From Candidatus Sericytochromatia bacterium (GTDB lineage: Bacteria > Cyanobacteriota > Sericytochromatia > UBA7694): a stretch of 64,000 bases of DNA. The stretch lies in NCBI GenBank assembly GCA_037968875.1, contig JBBKWI010000108.1:2305-66304 (forward strand), written 5' to 3'. The position numbers and the translations under genes are program-made. Each line of letters opens with the position of its first letter. Position 1 is the first letter of the stretch. Below the pieces are notes generated by a model that worked only from the letters and a program-made list of their open reading frames with translations, searched no databases and was not told where the DNA came from. Shown here in pieces: positions 26,951-36,859 of this stretch.

Positions 26951-28426
26951 CTACATCAAAGGTGAAAACAAGCGAAACAAGCTATTGCGTAGCTTGACAA
27001 AGACATTGCGCTGCTTCAATTCAGCCCATTGGACCTGGCTACAATGACTTAAATCCTGTTCAAACTGTTCCATAAACTGCCTGGCGATGTCTCGATCATA
27101 AAAAACAGCATTGACCTCGTAATCCAGTTCGAAGGAGCGAATATCCATATTACAAGTGCCGATCGAAGTTATCGTCTGATCGACACAGATCGTTTTGGCA
27201 TGTAAAAACCCGGCCTGATAGCGGTAAATATTGACGCCCGCTTTGAGTAGTGGCTCAAAATAGGTCTCAGCCGCCCAATAAGGCATGCGTTTATCGGCAA
27301 CGCCAGTCATCATCAAATTTATTTCAATCCCAGAAAGAGCAGCCGTCGTTAAGGCCGTCATTATCCCTGAATCTGGGATAAAATAGGGGCTCTGAATATA
27401 GACGCAGTGGTCTGCATTGATGATCAGGTTAAAGAGCAATTGCTTGATCGAGGCCCAGTCGGAGTCGGGTCCACTGCAGGCCAGTTGTATGGGCAAAAAT
27501 GCTTGCTGGCTATTGCTCAATTTGGGTTTAGGGAAATAACGCTCATGCTTGAGCAAAATTTTGCTGCTATTATACCAATCCGTCACAAAGACCGTTTGCA
27601 ATTGTTGTGTCATTTCCCCCTCAAAACGCACACCAGTGTCTCGCCAACTCTCAAAATGCGGGCCGCCATCAATATATTCATCAGCCAGGTTCATGCCCCC
27701 CAGATACGAGATCTGCCCATCAATCACCACAATTTTACGGTGATTGAGATAATTGGCCAGGGGCGCAATCCGCGGTGTAAGAGGGTCTAAAAAGATGTGA
27801 TAATCTATGCCGGCTTCACGCAAGCGGCGCTTATAAGCCCGTGACATTTTCCAGAAGCATCCCACACCGTCAAAAATTAGACGTACTTCAACACCTTCAC
27901 GGGCTTTCTGGCAGAGGATATCGGCCACTTGATTGCCCAGTTGGTCTGATTTCCAGATGAAAAACTCCATATGAATAAAGTCCTGAGCAGCTTGCAAGTC
28001 GATTTTCATCTGATCAAAATAAGCCTGCCCCTGATCAAAGAGCTGCGCCTGGTTATGCAGCGTCACCGTCGTATGACTGCTGGCCGATAAAAGCTTGACC
28101 GCTTTGCGGATATCCGCCTGGGTATCGCGATCGACAAAGCACTCGGGCGAGTCCATAAAGTCTCGTTGCTGCTGGATAACCTCACCTAATTGTTCTCGAA
28201 AGACCTCTTCAGGACGTAATTGCAAGATCTTGTGCTTTTTCCAATTGACACCGGCAAATAGATAGATAAACAAGCCAATAAAGGGTAAAAAATAGACCAT
28301 CAAAAGCCAGGCTAAGCTGGATTGAGGTGGCTTATTGTCGAGAATAATCACGCCGGTCATGGTGGCGGCATAGACCAGATAAATAAGTAGCCAATAGCTT
28401 GTCAGTTCAGCAAAAGTGAGATACAT
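26951..28426 (-). CDS. cls: Cardiolipin synthase
   Basis: Two N-terminal TM segments (AWLL...LPFIG..IYL), HKD motifs NHRKIVVIDG and LHAKTICVD, SPYFIPD. Confidence 0.95.
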   Translation of the reverse strand: MYLTFAELTSYWLLIYLVYAATMTGVIILDNKPPQSSLAWLLMVYFLPFIGLFIYLFAGVNWKKHKILQLRPEEVFREQLGEVIQQQRDFMDSPECFVDRDTQADIRKAVKLLSASSHTTVTLHNQAQLFDQGQAYFDQMKIDLQAAQDFIHMEFFIWKSDQLGNQVADILCQKAREGVEVRLIFDGVGCFWKMSRAYKRRLREAGIDYHIFLDPLTPRIAPLANYLNHRKIVVIDGQISYLGGMNLADEYIDGGPHFESWRDTGVRFEGEMTQQLQTVFVTDWYNSSKILLKHERYFPKPKLSNSQQAFLPIQLACSGPDSDWASIKQLLFNLIINADHCVYIQSPYFIPDSGIMTALTTAALSGIEINLMMTGVADKRMPYWAAETYFEPLLKAGVNIYRYQAGFLHAKTICVDQTITSIGTCNMDIRSFELDYEVNAVFYDRDIARQFMEQFEQDLSHCSQVQWAELKQRNVFVKLRNSLFRLFSPLM

Positions 28427-28429
28427 CGT

Positions 28430-29014
28430 TTATTCTAGCGCCAAATTGCGAGAGACATAGTGTAGATGGTCTTCCCAGATGCCATTAATCTTAAGGTATT
28501 TGGGTGAGCTACCCTCACAGACAAAGCCCAGTTTTTCGACCACTCTAATTGATGGTAAATTGCGCGGCATGATATTGGCTTCAAGGCGATGTAATTTGAG
28601 CTGAGCGAAAGCAAAATTGACTGTGGCCTCAAGGGCTTCGGTTGCATAGCCCTGGCTGGTGTGGCTGGCGTCGATGCTATAACCCAAAAAACAAGAGCGA
28701 AAACCACCCCAGACGATATTCGATAAGGAAATCTGGCCTATTGCAGTTTGGCAGTGGGTATCCGATTTTTGAAAGATCCAGAATTTAAAGAGCCGTTTGT
28801 GAATGATCTGTTCCCGCTCTTGTTGGACTTTCTCTAATTGAAACATTTCTTGATAAAACTCAGCCCGAACCCGCGGGTTCCAGGGTTCCAGAAACAAACG
28901 ATTGCGCAAGAGATAGTCGCAAATGGCTGACAAGAGCGCTTCGTCAGGGACCCGCAAGCGCAAGCGCGGGGTGTCCAGCTGCAAGCTGAGATAATGGCTG
29001 AAATCACTAGGCAT
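28430..29014 (-). CDS. RimJ/RimL-family GNAT acetyltransferase
   Basis: LGYSID...SQGYATEAL, LHRLEANIMPRN..S..V.EKLGF..EG and WEDH motifs. Confidence 0.9.
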   Translation of the reverse strand: MPSDFSHYLSLQLDTPRLRLRVPDEALLSAICDYLLRNRLFLEPWNPRVRAEFYQEMFQLEKVQQEREQIIHKRLFKFWIFQKSDTHCQTAIGQISLSNIVWGGFRSCFLGYSIDASHTSQGYATEALEATVNFAFAQLKLHRLEANIMPRNLPSIRVVEKLGFVCEGSSPKYLKINGIWEDHLHYVSRNLALE

Positions 29015-29181
29015 CTAGACAGTGTAGCGGATGTCTCAAGTCAAGGTGTCACCAAGTTTAGGTTAAATCGCACAAGTCGGGCTTAAATAACGGGGATAAG
29101 TTTAGTATCAAGCAGAAGTCCAAGCCGAAAAGATAGCTGGGGTTTAGACTGCCTGTAAAAGCAAGTCAAAAGAGGGAATAT

Positions 29182-29973
29182 ATGCAATATTATGGGTATC
29201 TGTGGTTAGCGCCTGATTTGTCTGCGGAGCAGGCAGAGCAGCTCTGTCAGCAGCGAGAATCTGAGCTTACAAACTATTTGACAGCTCAGTCAGCCGACTG
29301 GCAAGGTCTATTGGTCGATCGTTCTTTAGAGACAGATCCCGCCCATCGTCCCCATTTGCAGGCCCTCTTAAAACAACTCAAACAAGATGATACGGTGATC
29401 GTTTCTTCTCTGCTGGATCTGGGCCGTCGCTTTCATGATGTCTATGCCCTGCTGGAATGGTTTCGTCAGAGCCCCCAGGGCTGTTTTTTGGCCTTGAGCG
29501 AAGACCTTGCTGTTAGTCGTCACCAACAAAGTGAGCTCTTGCTAACCCTTTCACGCATTCCCCAATTGCAAGCTCAGCCGGGGCCTCACCTGCCAGCAGT
29601 CAACTATGAACGCTCAGAATTATCGCGCCAAAATGGAGGCGCTTGCCCCTTTGGCTATCGCATCAATAAGCACAGTAATCAATACGAATTGATCCCGGCT
29701 GAAGCCCAAATCGTGCGTCAGGTCTTTAAGCAACGGGCCCGCGGTCATTCTTTGCGCCAGATTGTGCGCGATCTCACTCATCAGGGTGTGACCACCAAGC
29801 GTGGCGGGCGCTGGCATGCCAATACGATTAAGTCGATTCTTGAAAACCCCTTTTATACAGGCTGTTATCAGACCCATTACACCAGTTTTGAGCAGCATCA
29901 CCCACCGATTATTAGCAGCGACTTGTACTACCAATTGAATGCCCACTTACTCTGTGATGATATAGCGATGTAG
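29182..29973 (+). CDS. Serine recombinase-family protein with degenerate catalytic domain (Resolvase-like plus Recombinase domain)
   Basis: RPHLQALL, PFGY and SLRQI...L...G..TKRGGRW...TIKSILENPFYTG; GYLWLA replaces GYxRVS. Confidence 0.8.
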   Translation: MQYYGYLWLAPDLSAEQAEQLCQQRESELTNYLTAQSADWQGLLVDRSLETDPAHRPHLQALLKQLKQDDTVIVSSLLDLGRRFHDVYALLEWFRQSPQGCFLALSEDLAVSRHQQSELLLTLSRIPQLQAQPGPHLPAVNYERSELSRQNGGACPFGYRINKHSNQYELIPAEAQIVRQVFKQRARGHSLRQIVRDLTHQGVTTKRGGRWHANTIKSILENPFYTGCYQTHYTSFEQHHPPIISSDLYYQLNAHLLCDDIAM

Positions 29974-30065
29974 CCGCTATATTGCGATGTAGTTCAGCCT
30001 GAAACCTGCTAGGCCCCTTGACAAGCGCATGATATGATACCCAAAGATCGCAAAAGAGAGTCCAT

Positions 30066-33000
30066 ATGACGATACGTTTTAACCGAGAGCAAGTCCAGAG
30101 TTTCTGGAATACCAAAGCAGAGGGCCGTTCTGATAGCCCCCTGAGCAAAGCCTTGCGTGACAACCAGCTCAGCAAAACAGAATTCAATCAACTCAAATCA
30201 GCTTTTGAAAGCGAAAATCCTGGTCAGGATTTTGACAACTGGCTTTCAGATGCTCTCGATGGTCAACTCGATCAGCGTGTCAATTCAGACTTGAAATCAG
30301 CGGTTCAAAAACTCTCTCAAACGGGCTCTGCGGTCTCTTCAATCTCATTGGAGTTAAACGATTCAGGCCAGGGCTTTAGCGCAGCCATCTCGACCAGCTA
30401 TCAAAACGAAGACTGGTTAGCGGCGATGCATGCTGCTGACAGCAATCAAAATGGCCGGATTGAAGCCAGTGAAGCGGGTGCTTTGCGCGGCAAGGTGGAT
30501 TCGGATCTATTAAAGGGCTTAGACAAAGATGCCGTCTTGACCTTTGACACCGAGCAACGCAGCATGCGTTTTTATCCCGCTCGTGAAACTCCGACCTTAC
30601 ATGGCCGTTACCGTGATCTCAAAGTGGATTTACAACTCAATCTCAAAGATGTCGATGGCATTAGTGATACCAGCAAAGGCGACATTTCAGGCAAAGCCAG
30701 TGGCGAAATGCACTTTGACTGGAGCGGCCCCTTAACCCAAAGCATCGAACGGGGTGTGACCGAAAAAAGCCATGGCGTCTTTGATTCTCAAGCCCGTTAT
30801 GTCGCTGCCGACGACAAATCTGGTTATGGCCCCGGTTATGTAATACAGGCCGGTAATTCCTGGGTAGCGACCCGACCGATTGTGCTTAAGACAGATACCC
30901 AGGGGCAATTGTTTATTGAATCACCTGGCTTTGGCGAATGGGCCCGTCTGAAAATGGGTGAATACGGTCTGGCAGAATACGCCTTGCCACAGCTCAAAGC
31001 GATGGGCTTTGAGATGGAAATCGAGAAGCGCGACGATCGCATTTACCTCACTCCCAAAAGCCTGGAAGTTAATCATTTGCCTTTGTCCGCTCAGGGTGAC
31101 GCTCAAGGGCAAATTAAGCTTAATCTCAAGGGGCGGGTGCATTTCTCGGTTGGGCCTGATGGCTTAAAGGCCCGTCTGGATCAAGTCCCGGTTTCAGGGA
31201 GCTCTAATCCTTCTGGAGCGCGCGCAGTCGCCGATCTAAATAGCCAGGGTCAGCTCGTACCGGATGCTCTGGAGACCCATTTGCAAGTGGGACTGAACTA
31301 TAACCCGGATCAAAAACGACTGGATACGCAGGTCGTCGTCAAGGATTCGACCGCCACAATGGATCTGACTCCAGCAGAGCTTGAGCGTATTGCCTATTTA
31401 CCCACGGATCTCAAGCAATTGGCTGGAGATCATTTGCGCCTGCAATTACAAACCCAGGGGGCTTATCGCACGGTCAATGGCCAGTCACATGCAGGACAAA
31501 TGCAAGGCCAGATCACCGCGACTCAACGCAAAGGGGATCAAAGCACCGATGTCTTTAGTCGTTTTAAAGCCACTGGCTTACAAGCGGCCAGCTTAAGCGC
31601 CGTCGATATTCGCCATCAGCGTGCCGGTGAACGCTTTCGGGTTCGTGCTGAGCAAGGACGCGTGACAGTACCGGCTGGCCCGCAAGTCGAGTTGCATCAG
31701 GTACGGGGCCAGATCGACCTTAAAGGTCCTTTATTAGAACGTGTCAAAAGCCATTTGCGTGGCCCTCAGCCAGGGGCTTTGCAATTACAATCGGTCTTGA
31801 AGCAAATGGGTGTGCAGCAAAACGATCTGGAAGTCTTGAGCCAGGGCAGTGACCAGGAAATCTCTGATTTGCTCTCGACTAAGAAATTGGCCGATAAAAT
31901 TGAACAGGCCTTTGTAGGCCTCGATGCTGAGCGAGTGGTGATCAAACAATCCGATCGCCTGAACGTGGACGCACAAGGCGTGAGTGTCTCTGGCCGAGCG
32001 GGCAACAATGATAGCACCCGAATCCAGGGCCAGGGCCAAGTTGAAACCCTCAGTGGTGAGATTGATACCGCCAGTTTAGCCGTCAAAGTCAAAGCGGAGC
32101 AAGCGGATTTGCGGGCTGAAATTGGGCAAACTCAGGGGGCTGCACATACTGAGGGCAAAGCCAGAGTACAGGCTCAGGAACTCAGTCTGGATTATACGCC
32201 TGAGGCATTATCTGTCGCGGCCAAACAAACGGACTTTGATGGGGCCGTTGATTTAACCAGTTCCAGTGGCACTGTCTTTAAAGCTGCCGGTGGTGTTCAT
32301 CAAATCGATGCCCTGGCTGACAGTACACATCTGGAGTTGAGTGCCCAATCAGGTCAGGGGCAGCTTAGCTATACCGCTGCAGGAGGCTCACAAATCGCAA
32401 CGGATCTGACTCTGAATGATTTGCAATTGCAGCAAAATGCTCAGAGTGAATGGACCCTGAATGTTGCCAATCTGGATGCCCAATCTCAGCTGAATCTAGA
32501 TATCAGTGAGCTGCGGCAATTACTGGCCCAAACCGATCGTGAAAAATTAGTGCAATTGGCTCAGCTTGATAGCCCTGAAGGCCTCAAAGCCGGTTTGGCC
32601 TCTGCAGGGCTAGATGACAAAGCCGCAGGTCAGGCCGCGCGCTTGCTCAGACGCCCTGAAATGCATCAATTATTGGCCAGTTCTGAGTTTTTAGCAGCGC
32701 TCGAAGCAGGCAAAAATATCCGTGTAGATCTGCGTTCACAAGGAACACTTAATGCCAGTGATACCCAGGCTGATGGTTTTAGCTTAAATGCAGAAGTGAA
32801 GCATACAGCCCAGGGGCAGCTCGAAAATGCTGAAGGGCAGGCCCTGATACAAGGCGATGCCAAAGCAGATACCACAATCAAAGTCTCTGGCAGCGAAACC
32901 CAGGTTTTAAGTGCTGAATTACAAGCCAATCTAACGGGCTTCCGCAAAGATGGCTCTGAGTTTGGTGCTGTGCAAGCCCGCTTAGCTGATCTCAAAGCAC

Positions 33001-35651
33001 AAATCGGCCCTGCTTTAAGTCTCGACACCGGTGCTGTGCAAGTGGAAGCCCAGGCCAATACGCATCTAGATCCAGAAACCATGGTCCATTTGCAAGACGC
33101 CCTGGGACAGTTTCGCGATGAAATGCTCGCTCATGTCGCTAAATTGGGCCTCAATCGAGAGCAGTTTGAGCAGATATTGCAGGCGTTTGGTAAGCAGCAA
33201 TTAGATAGCTTGATCAAAGCCTTTAAAACCGAGAACCTGGGTGCTTTGTCTTCAGATCTGGGATTGAGTCCAGATCAAGTCAACAAGACCCTGGCACTCT
33301 TAAATGATGCGCCTTTCCAGAAATTGGTGCAGGACTTCTTTGAATACAGTAATCTGTTGAGTGGGTCAGACTTGAATTTACGCCTGCAAGTCGATGCTGA
33401 TAGCAGCCGTTGGTCCAAAGCAGATCAAAATTTGTTGGCTGAAATCAATGGTATTCAGGGCCATTTGTCTGCCCAGAGCGAGAATGAACAGGGGCAAGGA
33501 CGCTTACAAGCCGACCTCTCTCAAGATCAATTGCGCTATACCCGCACGGAGACAACCGAAACCCTCGATTGGCAGCCTCTTGATATCAATGCCAATGGGG
33601 ATTTAGCAGCCAGAGATGGCTCACGTTCGATTGAAGCCAGTGCGCAATTGCGCTCCCAGGCTGGCCAAATTGGCCGAGAGGGTCGTGAAATCAGCTCACG
33701 CTTAGACGGTATTGATATCAAAGCCCAGGGACGCCAGCGTCAGAGCGATGGCTCGGTGACTGAAGGCCAGGGGCGTCTTTCTGTAGCTGAAATTCGTTCG
33801 TCACGCCATCTCGATCAGGGCGACTCTTCCCGGATGCAGATCAAAGACATCAGTCTCGCGGGTCAAGCTGAACTCAGTGATGTCCAGTCTCGTCAGAATG
33901 GAGTCGGCTCTGCCGCTTTAACTATTGAAGAGCTAGAGCTGCGTCCTGACCAAATGGCAGCCCAAAAAACCCGTTTAGAAGCTGAACTGCGCACGCGTCA
34001 ATTGCAAGGCAATCAGGGCTTAAGCGAAGATCAGGCCAAAGCATTGGCATCAGCCCGTATACAAGTCGAAACCGACCAAATGAGTTCTTCGCCGACGGAT
34101 GGTTTCCAGACGCCTGAGCTCAGAGTGGCGGGTAGCCTGGATACGGGCTTGCAAAGCAAGCAGGGAGATGCCGTCACCCGCATGGGTCTTGAAGTACAGT
34201 CAGGCTCTTTCCAAGATCTTAAAGCCCAGTCGGGTCAAGTCTCGGTCAAGAATATCGAGGCCGATATCCTGGGTACAGCCCGCACCCCTTTTGTGCGCGG
34301 GGCCGCCCAGGGGCATTTACAGGTCCAGGGATTTGAATCCAATGAGAGCCAATCTCGTGCAGATGGCTTTAAATTTGATCAGGCCAATGGCAAATTGCAC
34401 TTAGATTCAGATCGTTTGCGTGATTTATTGGCGACCAGTCCGGATGCACTGGCGATCTTGACGACTGTCTCTGAGCGCTTGGTTGAACGCCAAACTGCCG
34501 AAAACAAAGGCACGAATATTTTCTCTAACCCGGAAGTCATCCTCGATATTGATCAGGCCGCTATCACTGGCGACGCCAGTGACGGCAATGCGCTCTCTGG
34601 GGGCGCAAGCTTGACGGCTCATTTGCGTGTACCTGATCTGCAAACCCAGATGGGTTCAGGCGTCGTCGACCTTACCTTGCATGATCTGACGCTGGCTGAA
34701 GGCAATCGTCCAGAAGTCCATGTCAGCGGACAGTTTGACTTTAAACCCAAGCAGCCCGCTTTTGATGTCGGCATGCAGGCTTTGTTTGACGATAGTCTCA
34801 AGAAAGCGGGCATGGATCTGCGGCCTGAAGTCCATTTCAAAAATGGTAAATTCGAAGTTAAAATTGACCGCTGGTACGTCGAAGGCCTGGTCTCGCTGGA
34901 TTTTGAAGGCGATAAAATCACGATGTCTGTCGACAAAGCCAAATTGCTGCACTTCTTAAGTGCCAAAGGCCTGGCGGCCCGCTTTACTGAGAGTCAGCTC
35001 AATAATTATCTGCTCGATATCAATCGCAGTGGCGAGAGCATGAGTTTGTCTCTCAATGAATTCTCTGAGCAATTATTGCACAAAGACAATCTGCAGATTC
35101 AATCGGTTGAAACCAGCCCCAATAATACGATTGGGATTCGTTTTGCTTATACAGATACCCCGACCTATAATGCCGGCTTCAAACAGCGTCAGCAAACTAA
35201 AATCGAAGAGCGCCTGATCCAGGATCCCAAAACTGGGCAAGCCCGTTCTGAAGGCAAGCTAGAAGATTTGGTCGAAGATCTCGATCCGGTGCGCTTGCGT
35301 CGTATTTTTCAACAAGCCAATCCAGGCCAATTGCGTAAAATGCTTGAATCCGTGGGTAAGGACTACGATAATATCTCGCGCTCGGTGCTGGCTGACCGCG
35401 AGCAATGGTCACGCTACCCGGTCGCCAATAAAGCAATCATGTCAGCCTACCTGGCCGATAATTCAGGCTTTTTAGAAAGTGTCAGTAGCGATGAAAAAGA
35501 GCTCGTCAAAGCCCTCTATAATGGCCTGAGCCCCTCAGAAAAGCAAGCCTTTCAACAGGCCCTGCAAAACGAAGAATGGCAAAACGTGCAAAAGATTCTC
35601 AACCCTGAGGCCAGCAGTCGCCGTCAGCCCCGCTGGCGCAACGGGCGCTAA
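30066..35651 (+). CDS. Giant 1861-aa hypothetical beta-rich protein with N-terminal EF-hand
   Basis: Uninterrupted ORF, AGAG SD, DSNQNGRIEASE loop, alternating amphipathic beta-strand blocks and helical inserts. Confidence 0.85.
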   Translation: MTIRFNREQVQSFWNTKAEGRSDSPLSKALRDNQLSKTEFNQLKSAFESENPGQDFDNWLSDALDGQLDQRVNSDLKSAVQKLSQTGSAVSSISLELNDSGQGFSAAISTSYQNEDWLAAMHAADSNQNGRIEASEAGALRGKVDSDLLKGLDKDAVLTFDTEQRSMRFYPARETPTLHGRYRDLKVDLQLNLKDVDGISDTSKGDISGKASGEMHFDWSGPLTQSIERGVTEKSHGVFDSQARYVAADDKSGYGPGYVIQAGNSWVATRPIVLKTDTQGQLFIESPGFGEWARLKMGEYGLAEYALPQLKAMGFEMEIEKRDDRIYLTPKSLEVNHLPLSAQGDAQGQIKLNLKGRVHFSVGPDGLKARLDQVPVSGSSNPSGARAVADLNSQGQLVPDALETHLQVGLNYNPDQKRLDTQVVVKDSTATMDLTPAELERIAYLPTDLKQLAGDHLRLQLQTQGAYRTVNGQSHAGQMQGQITATQRKGDQSTDVFSRFKATGLQAASLSAVDIRHQRAGERFRVRAEQGRVTVPAGPQVELHQVRGQIDLKGPLLERVKSHLRGPQPGALQLQSVLKQMGVQQNDLEVLSQGSDQEISDLLSTKKLADKIEQAFVGLDAERVVIKQSDRLNVDAQGVSVSGRAGNNDSTRIQGQGQVETLSGEIDTASLAVKVKAEQADLRAEIGQTQGAAHTEGKARVQAQELSLDYTPEALSVAAKQTDFDGAVDLTSSSGTVFKAAGGVHQIDALADSTHLELSAQSGQGQLSYTAAGGSQIATDLTLNDLQLQQNAQSEWTLNVANLDAQSQLNLDISELRQLLAQTDREKLVQLAQLDSPEGLKAGLASAGLDDKAAGQAARLLRRPEMHQLLASSEFLAALEAGKNIRVDLRSQGTLNASDTQADGFSLNAEVKHTAQGQLENAEGQALIQGDAKADTTIKVSGSETQVLSAELQANLTGFRKDGSEFGAVQARLADLKAQIGPALSLDTGAVQVEAQANTHLDPETMVHLQDALGQFRDEMLAHVAKLGLNREQFEQILQAFGKQQLDSLIKAFKTENLGALSSDLGLSPDQVNKTLALLNDAPFQKLVQDFFEYSNLLSGSDLNLRLQVDADSSRWSKADQNLLAEINGIQGHLSAQSENEQGQGRLQADLSQDQLRYTRTETTETLDWQPLDINANGDLAARDGSRSIEASAQLRSQAGQIGREGREISSRLDGIDIKAQGRQRQSDGSVTEGQGRLSVAEIRSSRHLDQGDSSRMQIKDISLAGQAELSDVQSRQNGVGSAALTIEELELRPDQMAAQKTRLEAELRTRQLQGNQGLSEDQAKALASARIQVETDQMSSSPTDGFQTPELRVAGSLDTGLQSKQGDAVTRMGLEVQSGSFQDLKAQSGQVSVKNIEADILGTARTPFVRGAAQGHLQVQGFESNESQSRADGFKFDQANGKLHLDSDRLRDLLATSPDALAILTTVSERLVERQTAENKGTNIFSNPEVILDIDQAAITGDASDGNALSGGASLTAHLRVPDLQTQMGSGVVDLTLHDLTLAEGNRPEVHVSGQFDFKPKQPAFDVGMQALFDDSLKKAGMDLRPEVHFKNGKFEVKIDRWYVEGLVSLDFEGDKITMSVDKAKLLHFLSAKGLAARFTESQLNNYLLDINRSGESMSLSLNEFSEQLLHKDNLQIQSVETSPNNTIGIRFAYTDTPTYNAGFKQRQQTKIEERLIQDPKTGQARSEGKLEDLVEDLDPVRLRRIFQQANPGQLRKMLESVGKDYDNISRSVLADREQWSRYPVANKAIMSAYLADNSGFLESVSSDEKELVKALYNGLSPSEKQAFQQALQNEEWQNVQKILNPEASSRRQPRWRNGR

Positions 35652-36003
35652 GCTCAAGAAGCAAGGGCTGAGAAGTTGCCTTGAGCAGGATCCCGAGTAC
35701 GCAGACGCGGCCCGTAGCACATATTTCGTGGACTCCAGGCCTCCCTGGTATCTGATTTGTGATGACTCCATCGTGTGATTGATGAACGTTTTCAGAAGAT
35801 GGGGTCAGAAAAACATACAAATAGATTTGGATAATTAAGTATATTGCTTAATTATCCTTAAATGTTTTGTTTTATATCATCAAAAGAGTATTTTTTAGAA
35901 TGAGCTCAGCCAGTTGGCTAATGCTAAGCGTGTCTTCTGATACTTCTTTAAACTCCTGCAATTATAATATGAGCAAAAAATACGCTCTCATACATTGTTA
36001 ATT

Positions 36004-36033
36004 ATCTATATAGATGATACTCTATATAGATGA
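36004..36033. promoter_or_regulatory. Candidate ArsR autoregulatory operator: two TCTATATAGA palindromes
   Basis: Perfect 10-bp palindromes at 36005-36014 and 36021-36030; the second overlaps the ATG. Confidence 0.6.
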
Positions 36034-36377
36034 ATCAATCATTCGAGCGTTTAAATCAAACATTTGCTGCCTTAGCAGATCCGACCCGCCGCAGTATTAT
36101 TGGCCGCCTGACTCAGGGTGAGGCCACGGTAAACGAACTGGTGCAATGCTTTGACTTGACCCAGCCCACGATTTCGGCCCATTTAAAGGTGCTGGAATCC
36201 TCAGGCCTGATCTCACGGACACGGGTGGCTCAAACCCGACCCTGTCGACTGGAGCCAAACGCTCTAAAAGCGATCGATGCCTGGCTGGATCCTTACCGTC
36301 AGATTTGGCAAGAGAATTATGCCCGTCTGGATACGCTACTGGATGAATTAAAAACAGAACCGGAGAAAAACAAATGA
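36030..36377 (+). CDS. ArsR/SmtB family transcriptional regulator
   Basis: FAALADPTRRSI, TISAHLKVLE..GLISR and RPCRL motifs. Confidence 0.92.
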   Translation: MNQSFERLNQTFAALADPTRRSIIGRLTQGEATVNELVQCFDLTQPTISAHLKVLESSGLISRTRVAQTRPCRLEPNALKAIDAWLDPYRQIWQENYARLDTLLDELKTEPEKNK

Positions 36378-36847
36378 ATCCTTTAACCATGACGACCCCT
36401 TCAGAGAAAGTGGTCTCTGTGACTCGCCAATTTGATGCCCCGTTAGAGCTGGTCTGGCGCGCATTTACAGAGCCTGAGCTGGTTAAACGTTGGCTGACCG
36501 GCCCGCCGGGTCACACGATGCCAGTTTGTGAAATCGACTTGCGCTCCGGTGGTAACTGGAAATATGTCTGGAAAATGCCTGGTGATGTGTTGATGACTGC
36601 TTATGGCAAATACCAGGAAGTCACGTTGCATGAGCGCATTGTGCATACTGAAACTTTTGCAGAATGGCCTGACAATTCATCAATCGTGACCACGCGTTTT
36701 AACGCCCAGCAAGGAGGCACATTGGTGACGACTCTGATGGAATTTGATAACGAAGCCATCCGGGACATGGTTTTGCAAACTGGCATGACCGATGGCATGG
36801 AAATGAGCTATCAGGGCCTTGATCAAATATTAAAAGAACAAGTATAG
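36374..36847 (+). CDS. SRPBCC (AHSA1-like) family protein
   Basis: RQFDAPLELVWRAFTEPELVKRW and CEIDLRSGG; ATGA overlap with the ArsR gene. Confidence 0.92.
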   Translation: MNPLTMTTPSEKVVSVTRQFDAPLELVWRAFTEPELVKRWLTGPPGHTMPVCEIDLRSGGNWKYVWKMPGDVLMTAYGKYQEVTLHERIVHTETFAEWPDNSSIVTTRFNAQQGGTLVTTLMEFDNEAIRDMVLQTGMTDGMEMSYQGLDQILKEQV

Positions 36848-36859
36848 GACAAACATAAA

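Noticed and set aside
30018-30040. Perfect TTGACA as a sigma70 -35 element for the giant gene
   Set aside because: The nearest -10-like hexamer (TATGAT) is only 9 nt away, so the spacing is incompatible.
29182-35651. Prophage or integrative element defined by the recombinase
   Set aside because: The recombinase lacks its catalytic Ser, and no att repeats, replication, conjugation or phage genes were seen.
35599-35820. 73-aa minus-strand ORF in the gap after the giant gene
   Set aside because: It is short, overlaps the giant gene's 3' end and has no recognisable motif.
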